NCBI GenBank assembly: GCA_964392395.1
Contig: CAYMQV010000003.1
Location: forward strand, 1 to 54,562
From: an uncultured Gemmatimonadaceae bacterium
Lineage (GTDB): Bacteria > Gemmatimonadota > Gemmatimonadetes > Gemmatimonadales > Gemmatimonadaceae
Direction of reading: 5' to 3'
DNA: 54,562 bases
Positions within the stretch are counted from its first letter, which is position 1. The number at the start of each line of letters is the position of its first letter. This document shows positions 18,365 to 26,340 of the stretch, piece after piece. The notes under the pieces are model-generated. The model was not told where the DNA came from. It did no database searches and saw only the letters and a program-made list of their open reading frames with translations. A program made the translations under genes and the position numbers.

Positions 18365-18808
18365 CTACGACTCCGCTTCGATTCGGGACGTCAGTATGAT
18401 GGTCCGTCGTTGCAAGGGTTCCTGGTCGTTACTGATGCGGCGGAGGCCCGCCTTCAAGGTTGGTGCACCGAAGTTGATCAGCAGGCCGACGGGCAAGTCC
18501 AACAGGCGGAGATAGGTCAACACCTGCTGCGCGGAGACAGGATCGAGTCTCGCGACGGACTTCACGTCGACCACGACACTGTCCTCGACGAGCAGATCGA
18601 GACGGAACCCGCGGCCGAAGTCAACGCCGTCGTATTCGAGCGATACTCGAACCTGTCGTCGCACTCGAAAGCCGCGACGACGCAACAGCATCATCAGCAG
18701 CCGTTCGTAGATGACCTCGAGGAGACCAGGCCCGACCTCGCGGTGGATAGTGAGCGCGGAATCCACGATCGCTCCCGTAATGCGCAGAAGTTCCTGACGA
18801 TCCCGCAT
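18365..18808 (-). CDS. GxxExxY protein (PD-(D/E)XK-like small protein family)
   Basis: It contains the eponymous GLLEVIY motif and RLDLLVEDSVVVDVKS...LLINFG, typical of the TIGRFAMs GxxExxY family. Confidence 0.85.
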   Translation of the reverse strand: MRDRQELLRITGAIVDSALTIHREVGPGLLEVIYERLLMMLLRRRGFRVRRQVRVSLEYDGVDFGRGFRLDLLVEDSVVVDVKSVARLDPVSAQQVLTYLRLLDLPVGLLINFGAPTLKAGLRRISNDQEPLQRRTIILTSRIEAES

Positions 18809-18978
18809 TCCCCCTCCCCCGGTTGGAGAGAATACACATGAGCAATCAGGCCAACGGCAGCGTTGCGCCTCCGCACCACCCCCGTTGACCTGTCAGCCAT
18901 CATGCGAACACAGGACGCCTCAGGCAAACCAAAAACACTCGCAATCATCATTTTCGCGCACGCGATGTACCTTCGGGG

Positions 18979-20484
18979 ATGCCCACCCAGACGACGCCCG
19001 AGCCCGGACTCGCACTCCAGATGCGAGGGATTAGGAAGGCGTTCCCCGGTGTGCAGGCGCTGGCCGGAGTGGACCTGGATGTCCGCCGAGGCGAGGTGCA
19101 TGTGCTCCTCGGCGAAAACGGCGCGGGAAAGTCCACGCTGATGAAGATTCTCAGCGGTGCGCTGCCACGCGATGCGGGGACGATCGAGATCGACGGACGC
19201 GCGGCGGCGTTGGCCAGTCCCCGCGAGGCACGCGGCGCGCGGATTGCGATCATCCATCAGGAACTGGCGCTGGTCCCCGAAATGACGGTGGCCGAAAACA
19301 TCTTCCTCGGCCGGGCGCCGACGCGATTCGGCTTCCTCGATCAGCCGGCGATGGTCCGCGACGCCACCACGTTCCTGTCGCGACTGGGAGCGAACATCGA
19401 TCCGAACCTGCTCGTCGCATCGCTCAGCATCGCGCAACAGCAGTTGGTGGAGATCGCGCGGGCGCTCTCGCTCGACGCGCGTATTCTGATCATGGACGAA
19501 CCCACGTCGGCCCTGACGGAACGCGAATCAGCGCGCCTCTTCGCGACGATCAGTGGTCTCACGGCGCGGGGTACGGCGATTGTCTACATCTCGCATCGTC
19601 TCGACGAAATCTTTGCGATCGGAGACTGGATCACCGTGCTGCGTGATGGGCGCAACGTGGCGACGCAGGAGGTGCGGCAGGCCGACCGGCGCGCGCTGGT
19701 GCGGTTGATGGCCAATCGCGACGTCGATGAGCTCATGCCGCCAATGGAACGCACGACCGGAACGCCACGATTGCGCGTCGAAGGGCTGTCACATGGCAAC
19801 AGGCTGCACGACGTCAGCTTCAATGTGCGTTCAGGTGAGATCGTGGGATTCGCAGGTCTGCTCGGCGCCGGCCGAACCGAGATCGCGCGCGCGGTGTTCG
19901 GGCTCGAGCCATTTGATCATGGTACGGTGTACGTCGACGAGCTGCCGGTCGATATCCGCTCTCCTCAGGATGCCATCGCGGCCGGCATCGGGTTCGTGAC
20001 CGAAGATCGCAAGCGTGAAGGGCTGGTGCTCAGCCGCTCCGTGCGCGACAATGTGGCGCTGCCGATTCTCAGACGTCTGGCGCGGCTCGGGATCGTGCAT
20101 CGAAAGGCGGAGACGGCGATCGCCCAGTCATCAGTGCGTGATCTCGGTATTCGCACGCCGTCGGTCAGCCAGCTGGCGCAGAACCTGAGCGGCGGCAATC
20201 AGCAGAAGATCGTGCTGGCCAAATGGCTCGCGACTGGGGCGCGCATCCTCTTTCTCGATGAACCGACACGCGGCATCGATGTCGGTTCCAAGCAGGAGAT
20301 CTACGCGCTGATCAACGAATTGGCGGCTTCCGGTGTCGCGATCGTGCTGATGTCTTCGGACTTGCCAGAGGTACTCGGCCTGTCGGACCGCGTGCTCGTC
20401 ATGCGCGAGGGGCGGATCACGGGGGAGTTCACCCGCGCCGAGGCCAGCGCTGAACGGGTGATGGCCTGCGCGGTGGGCATCTGA
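18979..20484 (+). CDS. sugar ABC transporter ATP-binding protein (RbsA-like, duplicated ABC domains)
   Basis: Two Walker A / signature sets are present (GENGAGKST; LSGGNQQK). Confidence 0.9.
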   Translation: MPTQTTPEPGLALQMRGIRKAFPGVQALAGVDLDVRRGEVHVLLGENGAGKSTLMKILSGALPRDAGTIEIDGRAAALASPREARGARIAIIHQELALVPEMTVAENIFLGRAPTRFGFLDQPAMVRDATTFLSRLGANIDPNLLVASLSIAQQQLVEIARALSLDARILIMDEPTSALTERESARLFATISGLTARGTAIVYISHRLDEIFAIGDWITVLRDGRNVATQEVRQADRRALVRLMANRDVDELMPPMERTTGTPRLRVEGLSHGNRLHDVSFNVRSGEIVGFAGLLGAGRTEIARAVFGLEPFDHGTVYVDELPVDIRSPQDAIAAGIGFVTEDRKREGLVLSRSVRDNVALPILRRLARLGIVHRKAETAIAQSSVRDLGIRTPSVSQLAQNLSGGNQQKIVLAKWLATGARILFLDEPTRGIDVGSKQEIYALINELAASGVAIVLMSSDLPEVLGLSDRVLVMREGRITGEFTRAEASAERVMACAVGI

Positions 20485-20488
20485 ACGC

Positions 20489-21454
20489 ATGATTTCATCG
20501 TCCACACTGCGCCGGATCGTCAGGGGCCGGGAGTCGGGCACCACGTTTGGCCTGCTCGTGCTCTGCGTCGGACTCTGGATTGCCACGCCGTACTTCGCGA
20601 CGGCAGCCAACCTCTCCAATGTGGCCGAACAGAGCGCAGTCATTGGCGTGATTGCGATCGGCATGACCTTCGTGATTCTCACCGGCGGAATTGATTTGTC
20701 GGTCGGATCGCTGGTAGCGCTGGTGAGCGTGGTGATTGGCTCCGCGTTGCAGCGCGGCGTACCAGTATTCGCTGCGGTCGCCATTGGGCTGCTGGCCGGT
20801 GTTGTGTCTGGTGCGCTGAACGGCCTGATGATCACACGAGGTCCGCTGCCGCCGTTCATTGCCACGCTCGGCATGATGAGTGTCGCGCGCGGTGCGGCCC
20901 TGCTGCTGTCGGACGGCCGGCCGATCTCGGGCTTTCCGGATGGATTACGGGCGTTGGCGACGGGTGAGGTATTTGGTGTGCCGGCGCCGGTGGTGATGAT
21001 GCTCACGCTCTATCTGCTCGCGTATCTGGTGCTCACGCGGACTGTATTCGGGCGATACATGTATGCCATCGGTGGCAACGAAGAAGCGACGGTGCTGGCC
21101 GGCGTGAATGTCCGGCGCTGGAAGACGGTGGTGTACGCCATCAGTGGCCTCTCGGCCGGTGTCTGCGCCGTGTTGCTGGTGGCACGACTCAACTCTGCCC
21201 AACCGATCGCCGGCATCGGCTATGAGCTGGATGCGATCGCCGCGGTCGTGATCGGTGGCACGAGCCTGCTCGGCGGGTCTGGCTCAGTGATCGGCACACT
21301 GATCGGTGCCCTGATCATGAGCGTGCTGCGCAATGGGCTCAACCTGCTGGGCGTCTCGTCGTATCTTCAGCAGGTGGCGATCGGCGTCGTGATCATCGCC
21401 GCGGTCCTGATCGACATGGCACTCCGCCGACGGGTTCAACGCTCTTCCCGATAG
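20489..21454 (+). CDS. sugar ABC transporter permease (RbsC-like)
   Basis: Polytopic membrane protein of the ribose/xylose-type permease family (ITGGIDLSVGS motif), 4 nt after the ATPase gene. Confidence 0.9.
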   Translation: MISSSTLRRIVRGRESGTTFGLLVLCVGLWIATPYFATAANLSNVAEQSAVIGVIAIGMTFVILTGGIDLSVGSLVALVSVVIGSALQRGVPVFAAVAIGLLAGVVSGALNGLMITRGPLPPFIATLGMMSVARGAALLLSDGRPISGFPDGLRALATGEVFGVPAPVVMMLTLYLLAYLVLTRTVFGRYMYAIGGNEEATVLAGVNVRRWKTVVYAISGLSAGVCAVLLVARLNSAQPIAGIGYELDAIAAVVIGGTSLLGGSGSVIGTLIGALIMSVLRNGLNLLGVSSYLQQVAIGVVIIAAVLIDMALRRRVQRSSR

Positions 21455-21459
21455 ATCGC

Positions 21460-22392
21460 ATGCGCGCAACACTGTCCGTCCGTCGATTTCTGGTGCTGAC
21501 TTCCGCGCTGCTCATTGCCGGCTGCAACCGCGGCCCCGACGCCACCGCGAGGCCCACGGTCGCCCTGGTGGTGAAGACGCTCAACAATCAGTTCTTCGTC
21601 GACATGGAGGCGGGGGCGAAAGCTGCGGCCGACAGTCTCGGACTCGAACTCATCGTACAGGCGCCGGAGCGGGAGATCGATGTCGAGCGACAGATGCAGA
21701 TCATCGAGAACCTGATTCAGCGCAAGGTGAGGGTGCTGATGCTGGTGCCCAACGGGTCGAAGGAGATCGTACCGGCGGTGGTGAAGGCGAATGTGGCCAG
21801 GATTCCTGTGGTGGTGGTTGATTCACGGGTGGATGACGGCACGCTGAAGGCGGCGGGAGGGACCGTCGCGACGTTCATCGGCTCGGACAACGAAGATGGC
21901 GGGCGAATGGCCGGCGCCTATCTCATCGAGCGACTTGGGCGCACAGCGAGGGTCGCGATACTCGAAGGTGTGCCAGGCCACGAAACCGCCGACGCACGGC
22001 TGCGCGGATTTCGCAAGGCGCTAGCCGGATCACCGGCGATGCAGATCGTGGCGTCGCAGCCGGCGAACATGGAGCGCGATCAGGCGTTCAACGTCACACA
22101 GAACATTCTGCAGGCGCATCCCGACATCACGGCGCTGTTTGCCTGTAATGATGTGATGGCGCTGGGTGCACTGGAGGCGATCGCCGCGGCGGGGAAGGGT
22201 ACCGCCATCAGTGTGGTTGGCTTTGACGCGCAGGATGATGCGCGGAAAGCGATAACGGAGAGACGCATGGCGGCGACCATCGCGCAGAATCCGCGCGAGA
22301 TGGGGCGACTGGCCGTGCTCACGGCGCATCGGCTGATCCATGGCGAGTCCGTTCCCGCAGAGCAGCCGGTTGCGATCAGTCTGATTCGGTGA
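21460..22392 (+). CDS. periplasmic sugar-binding lipoprotein (RbsB-like)
   Basis: Lipobox LLIAGC. VALVVKTLNNQFFVDMEAGAK and IPVVVVDSRV are typical of ribose-type binding proteins. Confidence 0.9.
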   Translation: MRATLSVRRFLVLTSALLIAGCNRGPDATARPTVALVVKTLNNQFFVDMEAGAKAAADSLGLELIVQAPEREIDVERQMQIIENLIQRKVRVLMLVPNGSKEIVPAVVKANVARIPVVVVDSRVDDGTLKAAGGTVATFIGSDNEDGGRMAGAYLIERLGRTARVAILEGVPGHETADARLRGFRKALAGSPAMQIVASQPANMERDQAFNVTQNILQAHPDITALFACNDVMALGALEAIAAAGKGTAISVVGFDAQDDARKAITERRMAATIAQNPREMGRLAVLTAHRLIHGESVPAEQPVAISLIR

Positions 22393-22460
22393 CACATGGT
22401 CAGCAGTCGCTCTGCTGACACTGGTTGGAGAACAGGATCGCGCCGCGACGAGTAGCCACA

Positions 22461-22900
22461 CTCATCGCAAAGTGAGAATCAAACAGCATCACAAAGCGAT
22501 GAGTAAACGTCGCGCTTGGCGGAGTGAGAAACCAACAGCGTCAGACAGCGATGAGTAATGATGCGCTTGGCGAAGTGAGAAACTAACAGCGTCAGACAGA
22601 GGCGCAGAGGCGCAGAGATGCAGATGTGAGCAGCTGAGTCGAGTGTGGAAGCGACTGTTTTTGTGGGTGTCTGGTCGAGATTCGTAACTGAAGCGCCCGT
22701 CGTTGCATATGAAAGGTCTGTTTCCAACGCCGTTGCTGTTGCTGTTACCAAATAGTTCTGCCCGACCGCTGTAGAAGTCGTCCCCCTCTGTGTCTCTGTG
22801 TCTCTGCGTGAAGCTGTTAGTTGGCGTTGCCCTTGCCGTTGCTCTTGCCCTTGCCGTTGCTCTTGCCCTTGCCGTTGCTGTTGCTGTTGCTGTTGCTGTC
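22461..22900. repeat. composite hairpin element, copy 2: ~51-bp x3 tandem, long inverted repeat with ~167-nt loop, 18-bp x4 tandem array
   Basis: Tandem units run about 22461-22613, with period 51-52 bp (AGTGAGAA at 22471, 22523 and 22574). The left arm is 22581-22617 (AACTAACAGCGTCAGACAGAGGCGCAGAGGCGCAGAG). The right arm is 22785-22822 (CCTCTGTGTCTCTGTGTCTCTGCGTGAAGCTGTTAGTT). 18-bp units occupy 22829-22900 (GCCCTTGCCGTTGCTCTT x2, then two variants). It has the same orientation as copy 1. Confidence 0.85.
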
Positions 22901-23064
22901 GCCGCCCAAACGATTCGCCCAACGAACACGTTCGATGCGATAGCCGCGATGCCTCCGCGCGAAACCCGCCCAACCGCCGTCCCAACGTACTGAACCCGAC
23001 CCAATCAAGGGCTTGACCGATGCACCAGATGATCCGTTCGTCGTCTCACGAAGAGACTCCGCTG

Positions 23065-23925
23065 ATGTCGCGCATCGTCGCTGGTACGTGGCGGATGGAC
23101 GACTGGCGCTGGACGCCGCAGGAACGGCTGCGCTGGATCGAACAGTGCATCGAGATGGACGTCACCACATTCGATCACGCTGACATTTACGGCGGCTACA
23201 CAGTCGAGCAGCTCTTCGGTGAGGCACTGGCGCTCGCTCCAGCGCTCCGTGCGAAGATGCAGCTGGTGGGCAAATGCGGCATCTGCCTCACCACGGAGAA
23301 TCGGCCGGCCCACCGCGTCAAGCACTACGACACATCGTCGGAACACATCATTCGCAGCGCGGAAAATTCGCTGCGGATGCTGGGCACCGATCACCTCGAG
23401 CTGTTGCTCATTCACCGGCCCGATGCGCTGATGGATGCCGATGAGGTGGCCGCGGCATTCACGCACCTCCAGCTGATGGGCAAGGTGCAGCACTTCGGTG
23501 TCTCGAACTTCACGCCGGCACAGTTCGACCTGCTCCAGAGTCGATTCCCGCTGGTCACGAATCAGGTCGAATTGCATCCATTGCATCTTTCGCCGTTGCA
23601 TGATGGTACGCTCGATCAGTGCCAACAGCGTCGAATTCAGCCGATGATCTGGTCGCCGTTGGCGGGTGGCCTGGTGATGACGAGTCAAGACGGCGCAGCG
23701 AGCCTAGTACGTGGTGTGCTCGAATCCATCGGAGCGCGACATGGCGTCAGTGCTGCGACGATCGCGTTCGCGTGGCTGCTGCGGCATCCGAGCCGGCCAA
23801 TTCCGGTGGCCGGGTCGCGACGGATTGACGCGATGCGTGAGGCAGTCGCGGCGCTCGACGTGACACTCGACGCGCAGGAGTGGACTGAGATCTGGGCGGC
23901 GGGGAGCGGGCATGAGGTGCCGTGA
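23065..23925 (+). CDS. aldo/keto reductase family oxidoreductase
   Basis: MSRIVAGTWRM...FDHADIYGGYTVEQLFGEAL...LLIHRPD is typical of AKRs. The ATG at 23065 is preferred over 23020. Confidence 0.85.
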   Translation: MSRIVAGTWRMDDWRWTPQERLRWIEQCIEMDVTTFDHADIYGGYTVEQLFGEALALAPALRAKMQLVGKCGICLTTENRPAHRVKHYDTSSEHIIRSAENSLRMLGTDHLELLLIHRPDALMDADEVAAAFTHLQLMGKVQHFGVSNFTPAQFDLLQSRFPLVTNQVELHPLHLSPLHDGTLDQCQQRRIQPMIWSPLAGGLVMTSQDGAASLVRGVLESIGARHGVSAATIAFAWLLRHPSRPIPVAGSRRIDAMREAVAALDVTLDAQEWTEIWAAGSGHEVP

Positions 23926-24036
23926 GCTACGCTGTTTCGGCACGATCTTCTTTCCCGGCATCGCGTAGGTATCGCGAGGCGTGGCAAAGCCGCCTCGCGA
24001 CAAAAGACGCGCGAGTGCCACGAGACGTCGGCGACC

Positions 24037-24846
24037 CTACACCAGGATATCCCGCTCGCCACGCAGCCATCGGATCAAGTCGTAAACGTCAAAGCCAAGA
24101 CACACAGCCACCATCGCCGCGAACAGGATGCCAAAGCCAAACCCCGCCGCGGTCCGGTCCAGCAGGCCCGCATGCATCACCAGCCACACCAGCATTGGCG
24201 TCAACGGCACCAGATGGGCAATGCCCATGTGACGGGTCAGACCGCCCGCATGGCCCGCGAAACCAAGAAGGAGCGGCCCGCTGGCGACATAACCGATCAG
24301 GACGACCCTCGCCGCATCCCATGCCATGAAGGCGGGTGCGGCCAGAAAGACCGCGTTCAAGGCGAAAAGCCAGAGCTTCACCCACAGCGGCAGCGAGAGC
24401 CACGACTGGCCAATCCGCTGCCACTGCCCTCGCGAGGTCTGGCCAGAGCGTGCGAGGCCGAGGAGGAAAAGCTGTGTGGCACCGATCCCTGCGACGAAGA
24501 CCGCGACCCCCCCGGCTAGCGCGATCCCCTCTGTCGACGTGATCCAGATCCCGGCGGCGATCAGGGCAAGCGAAGCCAGCCACCAGACGAAATCCCCAAA
24601 CGCGAACCACAGAACCTCGGCCCGACGAGGGCGCTTGCGCAGCGACGCCAGCGCCAGATGTGCGCCGTTCAACAGCAAAGCGATGCCGATCCAGAAAACC
24701 ACCATCGGCGGAACCGCGCCGAGACTGGCCGCAACCATGCCCGGACGTGCGACAAACAGTCCACCGAAACCCAGGCAACTGGTCGCGTTCAGGCGTAGGG
24801 CAACGGCAAGGCTGGTCATGCAGGTCTCCGTTGATGTAAACTTCAT
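24037..24846 (-). CDS. polytopic integral membrane protein, unknown function
   Basis: About 8 hydrophobic segments, no family recognised. It is divergent from the MarR gene with only a 24-bp gap. An alternative start lies at 24819. Confidence 0.7.
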   Translation of the reverse strand: MKFTSTETCMTSLAVALRLNATSCLGFGGLFVARPGMVAASLGAVPPMVVFWIGIALLLNGAHLALASLRKRPRRAEVLWFAFGDFVWWLASLALIAAGIWITSTEGIALAGGVAVFVAGIGATQLFLLGLARSGQTSRGQWQRIGQSWLSLPLWVKLWLFALNAVFLAAPAFMAWDAARVVLIGYVASGPLLLGFAGHAGGLTRHMGIAHLVPLTPMLVWLVMHAGLLDRTAAGFGFGILFAAMVAVCLGFDVYDLIRWLRGERDILV

Positions 24847-24877
24847 TGACGATATTGGAGCTGCTGAATAATGTCAA
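24846..24877. promoter_or_regulatory. imperfect inverted repeat TTGACGATATTG / GAATAATGTCAA spanning both divergent start codons (candidate MarR operator)
   Basis: The arms are 24846-24857 and 24866-24877, with 9 of 12 positions complementary. The TTGAC/GTCAA cores overlap the ATG of the membrane-protein gene (24846, minus) and the ATG of the MarR gene (24871). Confidence 0.3.
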
Positions 24878-25341
24878 CCAAGTTTACGACAAAGCCTTCG
24901 GCCGACGCCGTGCCCGAAGCGCTCACCGTCCTGCTCGAGGCGGCTTCCCGATCGGTGCTGCGCAGCCTGACCGCGCGGCTGCGTGGCTGCGGCTACGCCA
25001 TGGTCACCGATCCACACCTGGTCCTGTTCGGCAACCTCGATTGCGGTGCCACCCATGCCGCGCAGATCGCTCAGCGGATGCAGGTGTCGCGGCAAGCCGT
25101 CTCGAAAACCCTGCGCGAGTTGCAGGAGTTGGGCTTTGTCCGGCTCGAGGACGACCCGGAGCGGCGGAACCAGAAACTCGTCATCATGACCGACCGGGGC
25201 ATGGCCCTCGCGCTGGATGCGCGGCAAGAACTTCACGCCATCGAGTCCGCATTGGCGCAGGAGATCGGTCCTGGCGCGATGGCCGCCCTGCGTGGCGCGC
25301 TGGAGCAACGCTGGGGAACGGGTTCGAGCCGCGCCTCGTGA
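24871..25341 (+). CDS. MarR-family transcriptional regulator
   Basis: The winged-helix core AAQIAQRMQVSRQAVSKTLRELQELGFVRLEDDPERRNQKLVIMTDRG is typical of MarR. Confidence 0.85.
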   Translation: MSTKFTTKPSADAVPEALTVLLEAASRSVLRSLTARLRGCGYAMVTDPHLVLFGNLDCGATHAAQIAQRMQVSRQAVSKTLRELQELGFVRLEDDPERRNQKLVIMTDRGMALALDARQELHAIESALAQEIGPGAMAALRGALEQRWGTGSSRAS

Positions 25342-25395
25342 CAGGCCGATGCCCACGCGATTCGGTGCCGAGGACGGTCCGCGGGGCACACCGAC

Positions 25396-25938
25396 TTGCG
25401 CCAATGCGTGGCGACCGGGGGCGTGGGACCGGCAGGGGGCGTGCCAGGACGCGGTTGCGGTCTGACGTTTCGGAGCGGCTACACCAACTTCATCACGACC
25501 GGCTGCGCGAACCTGGATTCGGAGGAGCCGTGTGCTGCGCGCGGAACGAATGGTGTGCAGACGGCCGCGAACATCGGCAAGTCATTGCAGATCCGAGGCA
25601 CGTTCGGAGCAAAACCCGCCAACACGATCGTCGCCTGGTCTGGCGTGCTCTGGTCACCGAAGCCGCAGATGTTCGTCGCCGGCGATGCGTCCGCGTCGAA
25701 GGAGTTCCGCTTCTGGGTGCGCGGCGACAGTGGCACCTATCAGTTCATGGTCTACGTCCAGCGCAAGGGCAACACGCCGACGATCAAGTCATTCGGCGTG
25801 GATGGGACGTGGCGCGAGATCGTCCTGCCGTGGAGCGAGTTCGGCACCGATGCGCACGACCTGCTGGCGGTGATCATTGCTACGGGCCCGAAAGAAGGGC
25901 CGTTCACCGTCCAGTTGGACGGCATCAGGTTGCGGTAG
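25396..25938 (+). CDS. CIA30-like / carbohydrate-binding-like beta-sandwich protein, possibly N-terminally truncated
   Basis: The C-terminal 120 aa (FRFWVRGDSGTYQFMVY...WREIVLPWSEFGTD...FTVQLDGIRL) resembles CIA30-type domains. The only available start is a TTG and there is no signal peptide, so integrity is uncertain. Confidence 0.5.
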   Translation: MRQCVATGGVGPAGGVPGRGCGLTFRSGYTNFITTGCANLDSEEPCAARGTNGVQTAANIGKSLQIRGTFGAKPANTIVAWSGVLWSPKPQMFVAGDASASKEFRFWVRGDSGTYQFMVYVQRKGNTPTIKSFGVDGTWREIVLPWSEFGTDAHDLLAVIIATGPKEGPFTVQLDGIRLR

Positions 25939-26340
25939 GGACGCTCAGATGGTGGAGGTAGGGCTGCGCGGGGCGCGCGTGGGGCGAAGGTAGACTTCCT
26001 GGCCGGTGGTGCCGGCAGCACGGACGGCCAGGTCGGCCGAACCTGGCAGAAAGAGGCAAATCGGACATTCACCACCATACGGTCGCTTCAACACGGACCG
26101 GGCTCTGGAGAGTGCACTGTCAGGTGTGCCGTCGGGACAGGACTTTCTGGATGAGAATTACAATCGAGGGGCCGAATCCGCCGCTCAATCCATGTTCTTC
26201 ATCCTCGCGCTGGCGACATCATGTGCGGATTGTCCCGATGGGTACGCACCGTGGCGTGCGGCCGCACCGGCGGGCGCCAGCTACGCCCAGTGCTTCATGG
26301 AGTCGAAATCTTTCGCCGCACTCACGAAGATGGTGGCGGG

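Noticed and set aside
22479-23004. 168-aa and 171-aa minus-strand ORFs running through hairpin element copy 2
   Set aside because: The translations are repeat-derived (QQQQQQQRQGQEQRQGQEQ, LTLLVSHFAKR repeated). They are not coding.
24846-25961. 371-aa plus-strand ORF spanning the MarR and CIA30-like genes in another frame
   Set aside because: It has an Arg/Pro/Gly-rich low-complexity translation. The MarR frame has a clear winged-helix motif.
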